Source: Campylobacterota bacterium
Lineage (GTDB): Bacteria > Campylobacterota > Campylobacteria > Campylobacterales > Arcobacteraceae
Assembly: GCA_051746405.1 (NCBI GenBank)
Contig: JBNJFB010000004.1
Location: 1 to 64,000, forward strand
Reading direction: 5' to 3'
DNA: 64,000 nt
Both the position numbers and the translations under genes were made by a program. Shown here one piece after another: positions 39,483 through 50,459 of this stretch. How positions within the stretch are numbered: position 1 is the first letter of the stretch; each line of letters starts with the position of its first letter. A model generated the notes under the pieces. That model had not been told where the DNA came from. It worked only from the letters and a program-made list of their open reading frames with translations, and made no database searches.

Positions 39483-40304
39483 ATGAATAAGGAAGAGTAT
39501 TTTATAAAACAGTTTAGTAAAAGTAAGTATATAGGTGATGATGGTGCATTTATTAATAACTATTGTTATAGTATGGATGCTTTTTTTGAAGATATTCATT
39601 TCAAAAAAGAGTGGATGAGTTTAAAACAAATATCATATAAAGCTATGATTGTAAATATTTCAGATGCAGTTGTAATGAATGCAATTCCTAAGTATGCTCT
39701 TCTTAGTGTTGCTATTCCAAATAGTTATAATGAAAATGATTTAAAACTTTTAGCAAAAGGTTTTAAAAAAGCAGCAAAACAGTATGATATTGAGATAATT
39801 GGAGGGGATACAGTATCTTGTGAAAAGCTAAATATCTCAATAACTATTATTTCAAAAACAAAAAAGCCTATTTATAGAAAAGATGCTAAAATTAATGATT
39901 TGGTATGTTTTACGGGTGATTTAGGTAGCTGTAAAAGAGACCTGAATAGACTTTTTGAAAATAGAAAGATTAATAAAAACTCAAAATTTATCAAACCAAA
40001 ACTTAAAGCAGATTTTTTTTATGAGATTTCAAAATATATAAATAGTGCTTTAGATATCTCTGATGGCTTAGCCTTTGAATTACAAAGAGTATCAAAAGCT
40101 AGCAAAGTTGGTTTTGAATTTTTTTATGATATTTCAAAAGATAGTTTAACTTCAGGTGAAGAGTATGAAATACTTTTTACCTTTGATGAAAAAAATCGAA
40201 AAAAAATCGAAAAAATAGCAAAAAAACATAATGTAAAATTAAATATATTTGCAAAAGCAATAGAAGGCAAATATGAAACAAAAGAGAAAAACCACCATTT
40301 TTAA
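39483..40304 (+). CDS. thiL: Thiamine-monophosphate kinase
   Basis: IGDDGA, NISDAVVMNA, IIGGDT, DISDGL, GEEYE. Confidence 0.92.
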   Translation: MNKEEYFIKQFSKSKYIGDDGAFINNYCYSMDAFFEDIHFKKEWMSLKQISYKAMIVNISDAVVMNAIPKYALLSVAIPNSYNENDLKLLAKGFKKAAKQYDIEIIGGDTVSCEKLNISITIISKTKKPIYRKDAKINDLVCFTGDLGSCKRDLNRLFENRKINKNSKFIKPKLKADFFYEISKYINSALDISDGLAFELQRVSKASKVGFEFFYDISKDSLTSGEEYEILFTFDEKNRKKIEKIAKKHNVKLNIFAKAIEGKYETKEKNHHF

Positions 40305-40319
40305 ATTAAGGAAAAATAA

Positions 40320-41384
40320 TTGGCACAATTACAAAGATATTTAACACACTCAAAAATAGATGTATATTTTAAACAAAATAAAGATGATTTTGTAGTTACA
40401 GAGGTCCCTTTATATAAGTTTACAGGTGAAGGGGAGCATCTTATTTTGAAAATAAGAAAAAAAGATATGACAACATGGGATGCAGTAAATGAAATAGCAA
40501 GACATGTTGGATGCAGAAGTAGAGATATAGGATATGCAGGATTAAAAGATAAAAATGCAATGACCATACAGTCTATCTCTTTGTTTAAAAAGTATGAAGA
40601 GAAATTAGATGATTTTAATCACCCAAACATTAAGATTCTAGAAAAAAACTATCATAACAACAAGATAAAAATAGGGCATTTAAAAGGCAATAAGTTTTTT
40701 ATTCGATTAAAAAGAGTAAATTTAGTAGATTCAAAAAAAATTGAACAGGTTTTACAATCTATTGTAAATCATGGAATGCCAAACTATTATGGATTTCAAC
40801 GATTTGGAGTTGAACATAAAAACTATGAAAAAGGTAAGTTAATAGTTGAGGGCAAACTAAAAGAGAAAAGAAGAAACTTAAAGCAGATGTATATAAACTC
40901 ATATCAAAGTTATCAGTTTAACCTTTGGCTATCTAAAAGAATTGAGATATCAAGGCTAGTTGATGCATTTGAACCCAAAGAGATTTATAAAAAAATAAAC
41001 TTGCCACTTGAAGAAGTTAAAAATATGAAAAAACAAGAACATCCTTTTAAATTAATTACAGGTGATATTTTAAATCATTATCCTTTTGGGAAAGCTTTTG
41101 TTATAGAAGAAACAAAAGAAGAAGCCAGTAAGTTTTTAAAGGCAGATAGAGTTCCCACAGGATTAATTGCAGGAAAAAGAGTAAGTAGAAGTGAAAATTT
41201 AGCTTATGAAATAGAAAAAGAGTTTGATATAGATACAAATGAAAGTGGCTCTAGAAGATTTGCATGGGTTTATCCAAATGATATCCAAAGCGATTACAAA
41301 GAAGAGAAAAACTGGATGGAGTTATCTTTTTATTTACCAAAAGGTTCATATGCAACAGAGTTTATTGAAGAGGTAATACACTAA
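40320..41384 (+). CDS. truD: tRNA pseudouridine(13) synthase
   Basis: DFVVTE, YAGLKDK, GNKF, PNYYGFQRFG, LPKGSYAT. Confidence 0.95.
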   Translation: MAQLQRYLTHSKIDVYFKQNKDDFVVTEVPLYKFTGEGEHLILKIRKKDMTTWDAVNEIARHVGCRSRDIGYAGLKDKNAMTIQSISLFKKYEEKLDDFNHPNIKILEKNYHNNKIKIGHLKGNKFFIRLKRVNLVDSKKIEQVLQSIVNHGMPNYYGFQRFGVEHKNYEKGKLIVEGKLKEKRRNLKQMYINSYQSYQFNLWLSKRIEISRLVDAFEPKEIYKKINLPLEEVKNMKKQEHPFKLITGDILNHYPFGKAFVIEETKEEASKFLKADRVPTGLIAGKRVSRSENLAYEIEKEFDIDTNESGSRRFAWVYPNDIQSDYKEEKNWMELSFYLPKGSYATEFIEEVIH

Positions 41385-41461
41385 GATAGTTATAATAAGT
41401 TATAAGCTAATTAAGTAAAAATAAGTTACACTTATTTAGCTACAAAAAAAGGAAAGATAGA

Positions 41462-41812
41462 ATGAAATATGAAGAGTTGATTCATGAGTTATGTGATGTA
41501 ATTAAGCAATCAGAAAATAACGCTGCAAAAATCTATGAAAATCTTGAAAATATTGATAATGTAACTTCTTCTTTAAAGTTAATGGAGTATGAAAAAGAGA
41601 AAATACAACATCAAGTATCAGATGCAATGGGTAAGTTGCAACATCAAGATTTATATAGACAAAGAATTGAAAAAGTTGTAAATTTTGTTTGTGAAAAAAA
41701 TGATATAGATAAAAGTCAATATAATTTAGCTTGCAGTGCAAAAAGTATTGATAGTGATGATAACTTAAGTGAAGAAGAGTTAGAGCAGTTAATAAAAGAG
41801 ATGCAACCTTAA
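41462..41812 (+). CDS. Small CheZ-like protein
   Basis: LQHQDLYRQRIEKV (DxxxQ motif) and an acidic amphipathic C-terminal helix. Confidence 0.55.
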   Translation: MKYEELIHELCDVIKQSENNAAKIYENLENIDNVTSSLKLMEYEKEKIQHQVSDAMGKLQHQDLYRQRIEKVVNFVCEKNDIDKSQYNLACSAKSIDSDDNLSEEELEQLIKEMQP

Positions 41813-41841
41813 AGAATAAAAGAGATTTAATCTTTTATTCT
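41813..41841. terminator. Probable bidirectional terminator hairpin
   Basis: AGAATAAAAGA-7nt-TCTTTTATTCT. Confidence 0.65.
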
Positions 41842-41853
41842 ACAGGTTTATTG

Positions 41854-44043
41854 CTATTTTTTACACGCATCTTCTTTTAGTTGATTTAGACTATTGAAAA
41901 CTTTAAATGTAGTTACTTCCACATCTTTTGCTTTTTTATTTAATGTATCATTATTCTCTTTGTTAGCATTTGAATCAACTAGTGATTGAAGATTACTTCT
42001 AAATTGATTTGTTAAGTTATTAAGCTCTTTCATTGTATTTGGGTTTAGCTTCTTACCTGAATTTTCATGCTTACTATACCACTGTTTTACAGTCTCTTCA
42101 TCTTCAATATGCCACTTTCTAAATGTTCCTAGTTTTGAGTATGTTTCATCTTTTCTATTTAAAAGATTAACTTTTAGCTGTGCTGTATCATAAACTAAAT
42201 CCACATCACAAACTTTATTTAAAGACTCTTCTAAAAATGATGCTCTTGATGCAGCTGTTACTAATGAGTTTGACATTGTTTCAATTTTTTTGGACATACT
42301 TGAAATTTCATTTGCTACTTGTGCATTTTTCTGTGTAGCTTGATCTAAAGTGTTTACAGCATCATTTATTTGAATAATTCCTTTTTCTTGTTCTTTTGAA
42401 GCAGTTGAAACCTCTTCAATAGTAACTGTTGTATCTGAAATGTTATTATTTAACTCTTTATAGCCCTCAATCATATCTCCTGATATCTTCTTACCTTGGG
42501 TTGTTTTTGTAGTTGCATCTTCTACTAGGTTTTTTATATCCTTAGCAGCTTCTGCACTTCTATTTGCTAGGTTTCTAACCTCTTGTGCTACTACTGCAAA
42601 ACCTTTTCCTGCTTCACCAGCTGTTGAAGCTTCAACGGCTGCATTTAAAGATAAGATATTTGTTTGAAATGCAATTTGATCAATAACTTCAATAGCTTCA
42701 TTAATTGATTTAACTTTTTGGTTTATTTCATCCATAGAACTTGCAGTTTGATTAGCTAATGTTTCACCCTTTTTAGCTGAACTAGTAACATTGTGAGCTA
42801 GCTTAGACATTCTCATACTTGCTTGTGTATTTGATTGAATATTTGCTGTAATTTGCTCTAATGCTGCAGCTGTTTCTTCTAATGAAGAGGCTTGACTATT
42901 TGATGAGTCTGAAAGGTTTTTTGATGCTTCTGATAAGGTTTTTGTATTTTCGTTTAATGAATTTCCAGTATTCATAATCATCGCTAGAATTTCTGATGTA
43001 TTATTTCCTACAAGTTTTATACCTGAGGTTAAAGAGCCTAAATCTCCATAAATTCCATCATCATCAATTTTATAGTCATATTTTGATTCAGAATATTTTT
43101 TTAGTGTATCATTTATTTTATCTAAGGTCTCTTTTGTATGTCTAATCATCTCATTTAATTGATTTTTTAAATTTTCAACATGTGGGTTTGCTGCATTGTT
43201 TTGAACTTGATATACAAAGAATCCACTTGCAGTTTTTTCTAAAACATCATTAGCTTCTTCAATAACAATTTCATCTTTTTTAAGTCCTGCTCTAACTTTA
43301 TTCATGTATTCATTAAATAAGTCTGCGACTTCTCCAATCTCATCTTTTGATTGTACATTTAGGCTTATTGTTGGATCATTCGATTCAAGAAGATTTTTAA
43401 ATCCTGTTTTTAAATCACCAATTGCATTTGTAGCTCTTTTTACAATGAAAAAGACAAATCCAATAGTTATCCATCCTGCAATTGTAGCAACTACCAAAAT
43501 ATGTACCATTAAGTCCCATATCTCTTTATCTGCTTCATCTAAAGAGAAAGTAAGGTCCATAACACCAATTACATCACCTTCTTGTTGATTGGCATGACAC
43601 ATAAGACACTCTTGTTCTGCTACCATTGGTTTAATCATTCTTAAACTATGTCCTGTTTTTTCATTTTCTGTTTCTAAAAGCAATGGTTCTTTATTATCAA
43701 AAACTTTTAAGATATTTGGGTCAGTTGTAAATTTAGAATCAGAAGGATAAAGCTCCATGAGCTCTTTACTTTTAGCAACTGTTAGATTTCTTACACCTTT
43801 AATATCTCTTGCATCATCTTCAGCTTGTTGTATAGTAGCTGGGTCACCTGTGTTCATAGCATTTCTAAGACTTTGGAACATCGCTGCATTTAACATCTCT
43901 AAGTTTTCTTTAGTATTTTCAATAGTATTTCGACTAACTTCTTTTGTACTAAAGAAAACTATTGTCAATGTACTAACTGTAAGTAAAACCAATAAAGAAA
44001 ATATGATTTTATTACTAATTTTTTTGGTTATTATTTCAAACAT
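41854..44043 (-). CDS. Methyl-accepting chemotaxis protein with a periplasmic c-type haem motif
   Basis: Two TM helices, CLMCH, HAMP (DEIGEVA), [31 protein letters not shown]. Confidence 0.94.
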   Translation of the reverse strand: MFEIITKKISNKIIFSLLVLLTVSTLTIVFFSTKEVSRNTIENTKENLEMLNAAMFQSLRNAMNTGDPATIQQAEDDARDIKGVRNLTVAKSKELMELYPSDSKFTTDPNILKVFDNKEPLLLETENEKTGHSLRMIKPMVAEQECLMCHANQQEGDVIGVMDLTFSLDEADKEIWDLMVHILVVATIAGWITIGFVFFIVKRATNAIGDLKTGFKNLLESNDPTISLNVQSKDEIGEVADLFNEYMNKVRAGLKKDEIVIEEANDVLEKTASGFFVYQVQNNAANPHVENLKNQLNEMIRHTKETLDKINDTLKKYSESKYDYKIDDDGIYGDLGSLTSGIKLVGNNTSEILAMIMNTGNSLNENTKTLSEASKNLSDSSNSQASSLEETAAALEQITANIQSNTQASMRMSKLAHNVTSSAKKGETLANQTASSMDEINQKVKSINEAIEVIDQIAFQTNILSLNAAVEASTAGEAGKGFAVVAQEVRNLANRSAEAAKDIKNLVEDATTKTTQGKKISGDMIEGYKELNNNISDTTVTIEEVSTASKEQEKGIIQINDAVNTLDQATQKNAQVANEISSMSKKIETMSNSLVTAASRASFLEESLNKVCDVDLVYDTAQLKVNLLNRKDETYSKLGTFRKWHIEDEETVKQWYSKHENSGKKLNPNTMKELNNLTNQFRSNLQSLVDSNANKENNDTLNKKAKDVEVTTFKVFNSLNQLKEDACKK

Positions 44044-44137
44044 ACGCTAACCTTTAAGTTTAAGTCAAATTATTATATACTTAACTCTATTTAATATATA
44101 TTAAATACAACAATATTTTAATAAAAGAGTATAAAAA

Positions 44138-44707
44138 ATGATAGTAGGTTTAGAGGGTAAAATAACTAAAAAAGAGCCCACATTATTAAATATAAATGTA
44201 AATGGCTTAATATATGAAGTATTTATTTCACTTAATTGTAGTTCAAAGATTACAAGTGATGATATTAAACTTCTAATTACTCATATAATAAGAGAAGAAT
44301 CCCAGACATTATATGGCTTTTTAGATATAAATGAGAAAAAACTTTTTGATACTGTAATAAAGATAAATGGTGTAGGACCAAAGGTGGCATTAGCTATATG
44401 TTCTACCTTTACACCTAACTCTTTTGCTAAAATTGTTTCAGATAATGATGTTTCTATGCTAAAGCGAGTTCCAGGAATTGGACCAAAGGGTGCAAGTAGG
44501 ATATTAGTAGAGCTTTCTGGATTTATTGTTGATGATTCACATGGTGATGATGATAATCAATCATTGGCAAATGCTAGTTTAGAAGCCTCTTTAGCTCTTG
44601 AATCTTTAGGATTTAAAAAAGATATGGTTTCAAAAATAATAAAAAAATGTGCAAGTACAAATACAAGTGATTTAGTAAAAGAAGCACTAAGAATGTTACA
44701 AAAATAG
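44138..44707 (+). CDS. ruvA: Holliday junction branch migration protein RuvA
   Basis: [33 protein letters not shown]. Confidence 0.96.
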   Translation: MIVGLEGKITKKEPTLLNINVNGLIYEVFISLNCSSKITSDDIKLLITHIIREESQTLYGFLDINEKKLFDTVIKINGVGPKVALAICSTFTPNSFAKIVSDNDVSMLKRVPGIGPKGASRILVELSGFIVDDSHGDDDNQSLANASLEASLALESLGFKKDMVSKIIKKCASTNTSDLVKEALRMLQK

Positions 44708-44722
44708 ACTTAAAGGAATTTA

Positions 44723-45763
44723 ATGAAAATAGCAATAGTTTTTGGTGGTATAAGTTATGAGCATGAGATTTCAATTGTAAGTTCAATAGCTATGAAAGAT
44801 GTTTTAAAAGATGAACTTATATATATTTTTTTAGATGAAAATAGAGAGTTTTATCATATACCAACAGATATTATTAAATCAAATCTTTTTAGCAAAAAAG
44901 AGTATAAAAACTATGATAAACTTAAAATAGCAAAAAATGGTTTTTATAAAAAAGGTGGTCTATTATCAAAAGATAAAGCCTTAGAATTTGATGTGGCTTT
45001 AACATTAATGCATGGTGGTGATGGTGAAGATGGTGTAATTGCTTCACTATTTGAATTTTATAATATTCCTTATTTAGCTCCAAGAGTTGAGGCTTGTAGT
45101 GTTAGTTCTAATAAGTTTTTAACAAAAGGTTATGCAAAAGAAGTTGGGGTTAATGTAATAGATTATGATTATTTTAGTACTAAAGATAGTGTAAAAGTAG
45201 CAAAATACCCTGTTATAATAAAACCTGTAAAACTAGGAAGTTCAATAGGTGTATCTATAGTAAAATCAGATGAGCAGTTGCAGTATGCTTTAGATGTGGC
45301 ATTTGAACTTGATAGTGCAATTATTATTGAGCCTTTTGTAGCAAATATAAAAGAGTATAATTTAGCAGGTACAAAAATAGGTGATGAGTATGAGTTCTCT
45401 ATTATAGAAGAGCCACAAAAAGCTGAATTTTTAGATTTTGATAAAAAATATTTGGACTTTTCTAGAACTTCAAAGGCAAAAGAAGCACAACTAGATGAAT
45501 ATATGAAACAGAAAATAAAAGAGGCGTTTAAAAAGGTTTATAACAATATATTTGAAGGCTCAATTATTAGATGTGATTTTTTTGTAATTGATAATGAAGT
45601 TTATTTAAATGAAATAAACTCAATTCCTGGGTCTATGGCGAACTATTTATTTGATGATTTTAATGATTTATTTAAGCAACTTTGTTTAAATCTTCCAAAA
45701 AGAAAACATATTCCAATAACTTATGACTATGTAAATAAGATAGAAGCAAGTAAGGGTAAATAG
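44723..45763 (+). CDS. ddl: D-alanine--D-alanine ligase
   Basis: FGGISYEHEIS, HGGDGEDG, GSSIGV, NEINSIPG. Confidence 0.95.
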   Translation: MKIAIVFGGISYEHEISIVSSIAMKDVLKDELIYIFLDENREFYHIPTDIIKSNLFSKKEYKNYDKLKIAKNGFYKKGGLLSKDKALEFDVALTLMHGGDGEDGVIASLFEFYNIPYLAPRVEACSVSSNKFLTKGYAKEVGVNVIDYDYFSTKDSVKVAKYPVIIKPVKLGSSIGVSIVKSDEQLQYALDVAFELDSAIIIEPFVANIKEYNLAGTKIGDEYEFSIIEEPQKAEFLDFDKKYLDFSRTSKAKEAQLDEYMKQKIKEAFKKVYNNIFEGSIIRCDFFVIDNEVYLNEINSIPGSMANYLFDDFNDLFKQLCLNLPKRKHIPITYDYVNKIEASKGK

Positions 45764-45764
45764 T

Positions 45765-46484
45765 TTGGCATCAAAAAAGATAATTGTTGAAAATAGAAGT
45801 TTTGATATATCTTATGAGATAATAAATCCAAGTGCTAAAAAAGATTTTGTTGTTTTGCATGGTTGGGGTTCAAATAAGCAAATTATGAAAAACTCTTTTA
45901 GTCTATTTTTAAAAGATTATAGGCATATTTATATAGACCTACCTGGTTTTGGAAATAGTACAAATAGTTATGAATTAACTACAAATGATTATTGTGAAAT
46001 TATAAATAAGTTTTTACAAGAGTTGAAAAGTCCAAAAGATATTATTGCAGGTCATTCATATGGTGGAAAAGTTGCTACACTATTAAACCCTAAGAATCTA
46101 GTTTTATTAAGTAGTGCAGGCATAGTTGAAACAAAACCCTTAAGTGTAAAATTTAAAATTGTATTAGCAAAACTTTTTAATACTTTAGGTTTAAAAGCTC
46201 TTACTAAAGCTTTTAGAAGTAGTGATGTAAATAGCATGAGTGAACATATGTATGCAACTTTTAAAAATGTAGTAGATGAAGAGTTTTCATCAAATTTCAA
46301 AGCTTTTAAAAATAATTGCTTAATTTTTTGGGGTGAAGATGACAAGGCAACTTCTTTAACTTCAGGTAAAAAAATAGCCTCTTTAATAAACAACTCAACT
46401 TTTATATCTTATGATGGTGACCATTACTTTTTTATAAAGCATGCAAAAGAGATTTGTGAGAGAATAGAAAATGCAGTATATTGA
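45765..46484 (+). CDS. Alpha/beta hydrolase
   Basis: HGWG, DLPGFG, GHSYGG, WGEDD, GDH. Confidence 0.92.
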   Translation: MASKKIIVENRSFDISYEIINPSAKKDFVVLHGWGSNKQIMKNSFSLFLKDYRHIYIDLPGFGNSTNSYELTTNDYCEIINKFLQELKSPKDIIAGHSYGGKVATLLNPKNLVLLSSAGIVETKPLSVKFKIVLAKLFNTLGLKALTKAFRSSDVNSMSEHMYATFKNVVDEEFSSNFKAFKNNCLIFWGEDDKATSLTSGKKIASLINNSTFISYDGDHYFFIKHAKEICERIENAVY

Positions 46485-47916
46485 ATATTTTAATATTTTT
46501 ACACACATAGTATTAATTATGAGTTTAGGTTGGTATATGATTACTAATCTTCAATGGTATAACTACAGACTTGAAAGAGTTGTGTTTAAGCATCACAAGT
46601 GGCAGTGGCATATTACATATTTTCTTGCTCCTATAGTTTTATTCTATTTGATTCCTGAACTATATTATGGTATTTATTTTTATTTACTATATTTAGCTAG
46701 TTTTGTTTTATGGAATAAAAAACTTGATAAACCACTTGTTTTAACTTCAAGGGTTAAAAGATTTTTAACAATACTACTTTTAACAACCTTTATTGTAATA
46801 GCATTGTGCTTAGCTTCACCAAGTTGTAAAAATCAATTTATATTTGTACCGCTACTATTAGCATATGGTATTTCAATGATACTTGAAAAGATATTTTTTA
46901 TATCTTTTAAAAATAAAGCAAAACAGAAATATGAAAATATTAGAGGTTTACAAACTATTGCTATTACAGCATCTTTTGGTAAAACTTCAATAAAGAATTT
47001 TTTATATCATGTATTGAAAAATAGATATAAAACCTATAAAACACCTCGTTCTGTTAATACTATTGGTGGAATTGTTTTAGATGTAAATAATAAATTGCCA
47101 GATGATACACAGGTTTATATAGCAGAAGCAGGAGCTAGACAAAATGGTGATATTGAACAAATAGCAATGTTTTTAGAACCACAAATTTGTATTATTGGTT
47201 CAATTGGTGAAGCTCATATAGAGTATTTTAAAACTATTGATAATATTATTCATACAAAAATGGAGTTATTAAAATCACCAAAAATGAAAATGGGATTTGT
47301 GCATGAGTCAACCCATATAAAAGATTATGATACTATTACTAAGTTTCCTAAAGGCTTACATGTATCAAAAAGCGATTTATATGGTATCTGGTTTGATGTT
47401 GAAATAAATGGGGAGCTTGAACATTTTCATGCTCCTGTTTTAGGTGCATTTAATGCAATAAATCTTACAGCTGTTATTTTAGTTGCTTATTATATGGGAA
47501 TGAGTGTAGATGAAATTAAAATGGCATTAAAAGATTTACCACAAGTACAGCATAGACTACAAAAGATTGAAGCAAATGGAAAAATTATAATAGATGATTC
47601 ATTTAATGGAAATCTTGAGGGAATGTTAGAGGGGATTAATATCTGTGCATCACATAATGGTAGAAAAGTTATTGTAACTCCTGGATTAGTTGAATCAACT
47701 GATGAGTCTAACATGCTTTTAGCTAGTGCTATAAATGAGAAGTTTGATTTAGCAATAATTACAGGGGATTTAAACTCACAACTGTTAAGCTCAAATATTG
47801 ATGAGGGAAAAGTTTTTGTATTAAAAGATAAATCAAAGATGCAAGAAACATTGGCTCAAAAGACTAATTCAGGTGATTTGATACTTTTTGCAAATGATGC
47901 ACCTAACTTTATATAA
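46471..47916 (+). CDS. murF: Mur ligase (MurF-like) with N-terminal membrane segments
   Basis: ITASFGKTS, EAGA, HRLQ, IIDDSFNGN; ruvA-ddl-hydrolase-murF context. Confidence 0.82.
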   Translation: MQYIEYFNIFTHIVLIMSLGWYMITNLQWYNYRLERVVFKHHKWQWHITYFLAPIVLFYLIPELYYGIYFYLLYLASFVLWNKKLDKPLVLTSRVKRFLTILLLTTFIVIALCLASPSCKNQFIFVPLLLAYGISMILEKIFFISFKNKAKQKYENIRGLQTIAITASFGKTSIKNFLYHVLKNRYKTYKTPRSVNTIGGIVLDVNNKLPDDTQVYIAEAGARQNGDIEQIAMFLEPQICIIGSIGEAHIEYFKTIDNIIHTKMELLKSPKMKMGFVHESTHIKDYDTITKFPKGLHVSKSDLYGIWFDVEINGELEHFHAPVLGAFNAINLTAVILVAYYMGMSVDEIKMALKDLPQVQHRLQKIEANGKIIIDDSFNGNLEGMLEGINICASHNGRKVIVTPGLVESTDESNMLLASAINEKFDLAIITGDLNSQLLSSNIDEGKVFVLKDKSKMQETLAQKTNSGDLILFANDAPNFI

Positions 47917-47925
47917 GGAATTTAT

Positions 47926-48414
47926 ATGGAACATCTATATGCACCATGGCGATATACTTATGTAAACAAAGATAAAATAGAGGGTTGTGTCTTTTGCCAT
48001 ATTTCAAAAAACCTTGAAGATGAAGATTTACAGGTTCTATTTTATGATAAGTTTTGTTATGTTGTTATGAATAAATTTCCATACTCACCTGGTCATATGA
48101 TGGTTATACCACATTTTCATACAGATAAAATAGAGAATCTTGAAGATGAAGTCTGGCTACAAATGAGTATTAGAGTAAGACAGGGTGTTTCACTTTTAAA
48201 AGATATTATGCCATGTGAGGGTGTAAATATAGGAATGAACTTAGGAAAAGCTGCGGGTGCTGGAATAAAACAGCATGTTCATTATCATATGTTACCCAGA
48301 TGGCTAGGTGACACTAACTTTATAAGCTCTATTGGTGGAAATAGAGTTTATCCTGCAAATTTTGATGAGATTTTTAACAAATTAAAAAATAGTGCTTCAA
48401 ACTACTTCGTATAA
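47926..48414 (+). CDS. HIT family protein
   Basis: CVFC, NKFPYSPGH, HVHYH. Confidence 0.92.
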   Translation: MEHLYAPWRYTYVNKDKIEGCVFCHISKNLEDEDLQVLFYDKFCYVVMNKFPYSPGHMMVIPHFHTDKIENLEDEVWLQMSIRVRQGVSLLKDIMPCEGVNIGMNLGKAAGAGIKQHVHYHMLPRWLGDTNFISSIGGNRVYPANFDEIFNKLKNSASNYFV

Positions 48415-48477
48415 AATATAAATAAATTAAATTTTACTATAATAGTTATAGATATTAAAAATAATTAAGGATTTATT

Positions 48478-49722
48478 ATGAAAAGAGATGTAGTAATAAT
48501 AGGTGGCGGTATTATAGGACTTATGAGTGCTTATTTTTTATACAAAGCAGGTAGAAAAGTTACAGTTATAGATGAAAATGATATTACAGATAGTACTTCT
48601 TTTGGGAATGCAGGTTTACTATCAGCTTTTGATAAAGCTCCATTAAGTCACCCAGGGGTTATTGGTGAAACTTTTAAAATGATGCTAAAAGGTGAATCTC
48701 CTGTAAATATTCATCCAAAGTTTGATTATAAACTTTTTAGATGGTTACTAAACTTTGCAAAAAATGCAAATGATGATAGATTAAAGAAAACAAAAACTCT
48801 TTTTGAAAAGTATGGTCAAAGAACTATTGATTTATATAAACAGATTCAAGAAGAGAATAATCTTGATTTTGATTTTCATCATACAGGTATGCTTAACATC
48901 TTTACTGAAAACGAGAGTTATGAAAAAAAATTAAAAGAGTATAGTGTTGAAGATTTTGATAGATTTGAAGTTTTAAATAAAAATCAAATAAAAGATTATC
49001 TTCCTTGTGGAAATGATGATATAAAAGGTGTTATTCATTTTAAAAGAAATGCCCACTTAGATCCACAAAAAGTAATGCTTGAATTAAAACACTATTTAAA
49101 AGAACAAGGTGTTGAGTTTATACTTAATGAAAAAATTTTAGATATTGGATTTAGAAATAAGAAGGTTCAATCGGTTAGTTCTAGAAAAAATAGTTATGAA
49201 GCCAATACTTTTATCATGTCCACAGGTTATCAAACACTTTTAGCAAATAGAAGAAAAAAAGAGTTGATGCAAACTCCTGCTAAAGGTTATAGTATTACTT
49301 TTAAAATGCCAGAACACTTAAAGCCAAAAGCTGGTTGTTTATTTAATGATCTGTTTATAGTAATGACTCCAAGAAGAGATGATGTTAGACTTACTTCAAA
49401 ATTAGAGTTAGGTTCAAATGACCCAGATGTGGTACAAAAGCAAATTAAAAGTATAAAAGAGAATTTTAAAAGATATACAATTCCTTTTGAGATGGAAAAC
49501 GAAAAACTATGGAGTGGCTTTAGACCATTGACTCCAAATGATAGACCACTTTTTGGAAAAGATGATGAGTTTGATAACTTGATTTATGCTATGGGACTTG
49601 GATGGCTTGGTATGACTTTTGCTCCAAGTATTGCAAAAACATTGGAAAATTTAATTACTAATGATTTGAAAAACTATCAAGACAATGATGTACTACTTTT
49701 TTCAGGATTCTACCAAGGGTAG
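48478..49722 (+). CDS. FAD-dependent D-amino acid dehydrogenase (DadA-like)
   Basis: GGGIIG, TSFGNAG, PAKGYS, WSGFRPLTP. Confidence 0.85.
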   Translation: MKRDVVIIGGGIIGLMSAYFLYKAGRKVTVIDENDITDSTSFGNAGLLSAFDKAPLSHPGVIGETFKMMLKGESPVNIHPKFDYKLFRWLLNFAKNANDDRLKKTKTLFEKYGQRTIDLYKQIQEENNLDFDFHHTGMLNIFTENESYEKKLKEYSVEDFDRFEVLNKNQIKDYLPCGNDDIKGVIHFKRNAHLDPQKVMLELKHYLKEQGVEFILNEKILDIGFRNKKVQSVSSRKNSYEANTFIMSTGYQTLLANRRKKELMQTPAKGYSITFKMPEHLKPKAGCLFNDLFIVMTPRRDDVRLTSKLELGSNDPDVVQKQIKSIKENFKRYTIPFEMENEKLWSGFRPLTPNDRPLFGKDDEFDNLIYAMGLGWLGMTFAPSIAKTLENLITNDLKNYQDNDVLLFSGFYQG

Positions 49723-49738
49723 AGTCTTGAATAATAAT

Positions 49739-49858
49739 CTATTTAGTTAAAAAATCTATAATTGGTATTTGTGAGTGTAAGTGTATAGCTACTAACATCA
49801 TAACTAAGAATGTAGTTAATAAAAAACTCTGTTTTATCCCCTCTTTTATTGTTTCCAT
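49739..49858 (-). CDS. Putative 39-aa single-TM small protein
   Basis: AGGA RBS 7 nt before ATG; METIKEGIKQSFLLTTFLVMMLVAIHLHSQIPIIDFLTK*. Confidence 0.5.
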   Translation of the reverse strand: METIKEGIKQSFLLTTFLVMMLVAIHLHSQIPIIDFLTK

Positions 49859-50031
49859 TTAAAATTCCTATGAATTATTTTATATTTATACAATACAAAC
49901 ATAAGGTTAATACATAGTTAATGAATGATGTAGATTGTTTAGATTAAATAAATTGTTTTTTATATTTAATCATATCATCCTTTTAAAAAGGAAATAAAAT
50001 AGAGTTTTTAAGTACATTAACCCCATAAATC

Positions 50032-50068
50032 TTGACATTTAATATATTTTAAGTTATAATCCGCGTCC
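50032..50068 (+). promoter_or_regulatory. Sigma70 promoter of the S10 operon
   Basis: TTGACA(50032-37)-17nt-TATAAT(50055-60), TTTAAG just upstream of the -10, GC-rich discriminator CCGCGTCC. Confidence 0.9.
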
Positions 50069-50127
50069 ACTAAATGTGGTTAGAGTGCATTTATGGTACT
50101 TCTAACGAGTTCTTTAAAGGAAAATAG

Positions 50128-50442
50128 ATGGAAAAAATCAGATTAAAGCTTAAAGCTTATGATCACAGAGTTTTAGACAGAAGTGTTGCTTCAATTGTTG
50201 AAGCCGTTAAAAGAACTGGTGCTGAGTTGAGAGGTCCAATTCCTCTTCCAACGAAAATCAGAAGATATACAGTTCTAAAAGGTCCTCACGTAAACAAGGA
50301 TGCTAGAGAGCAATTTGAAATCAGAGTTCACACAAGAATGATTGATATCATAGCAGCTACTCCTGATACAGTAGATTCACTAATGAAGCTAGATTTAGCT
50401 CCTGAAGTTGATGTTGAAGTTAGATCTATGGGTCAAGAATAA
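50128..50442 (+). CDS. rpsJ: 30S ribosomal protein S10
   Basis: [21 protein letters not shown]. Confidence 0.99.
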   Translation: MEKIRLKLKAYDHRVLDRSVASIVEAVKRTGAELRGPIPLPTKIRRYTVLKGPHVNKDAREQFEIRVHTRMIDIIAATPDTVDSLMKLDLAPEVDVEVRSMGQE

Positions 50443-50459
50443 GGAAGAAAGGGTAATAA

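Noticed and set aside
40189..40216. Short AAAAATCGAAA tandem in thiL
   Set aside because: In frame, low complexity, only two copies.
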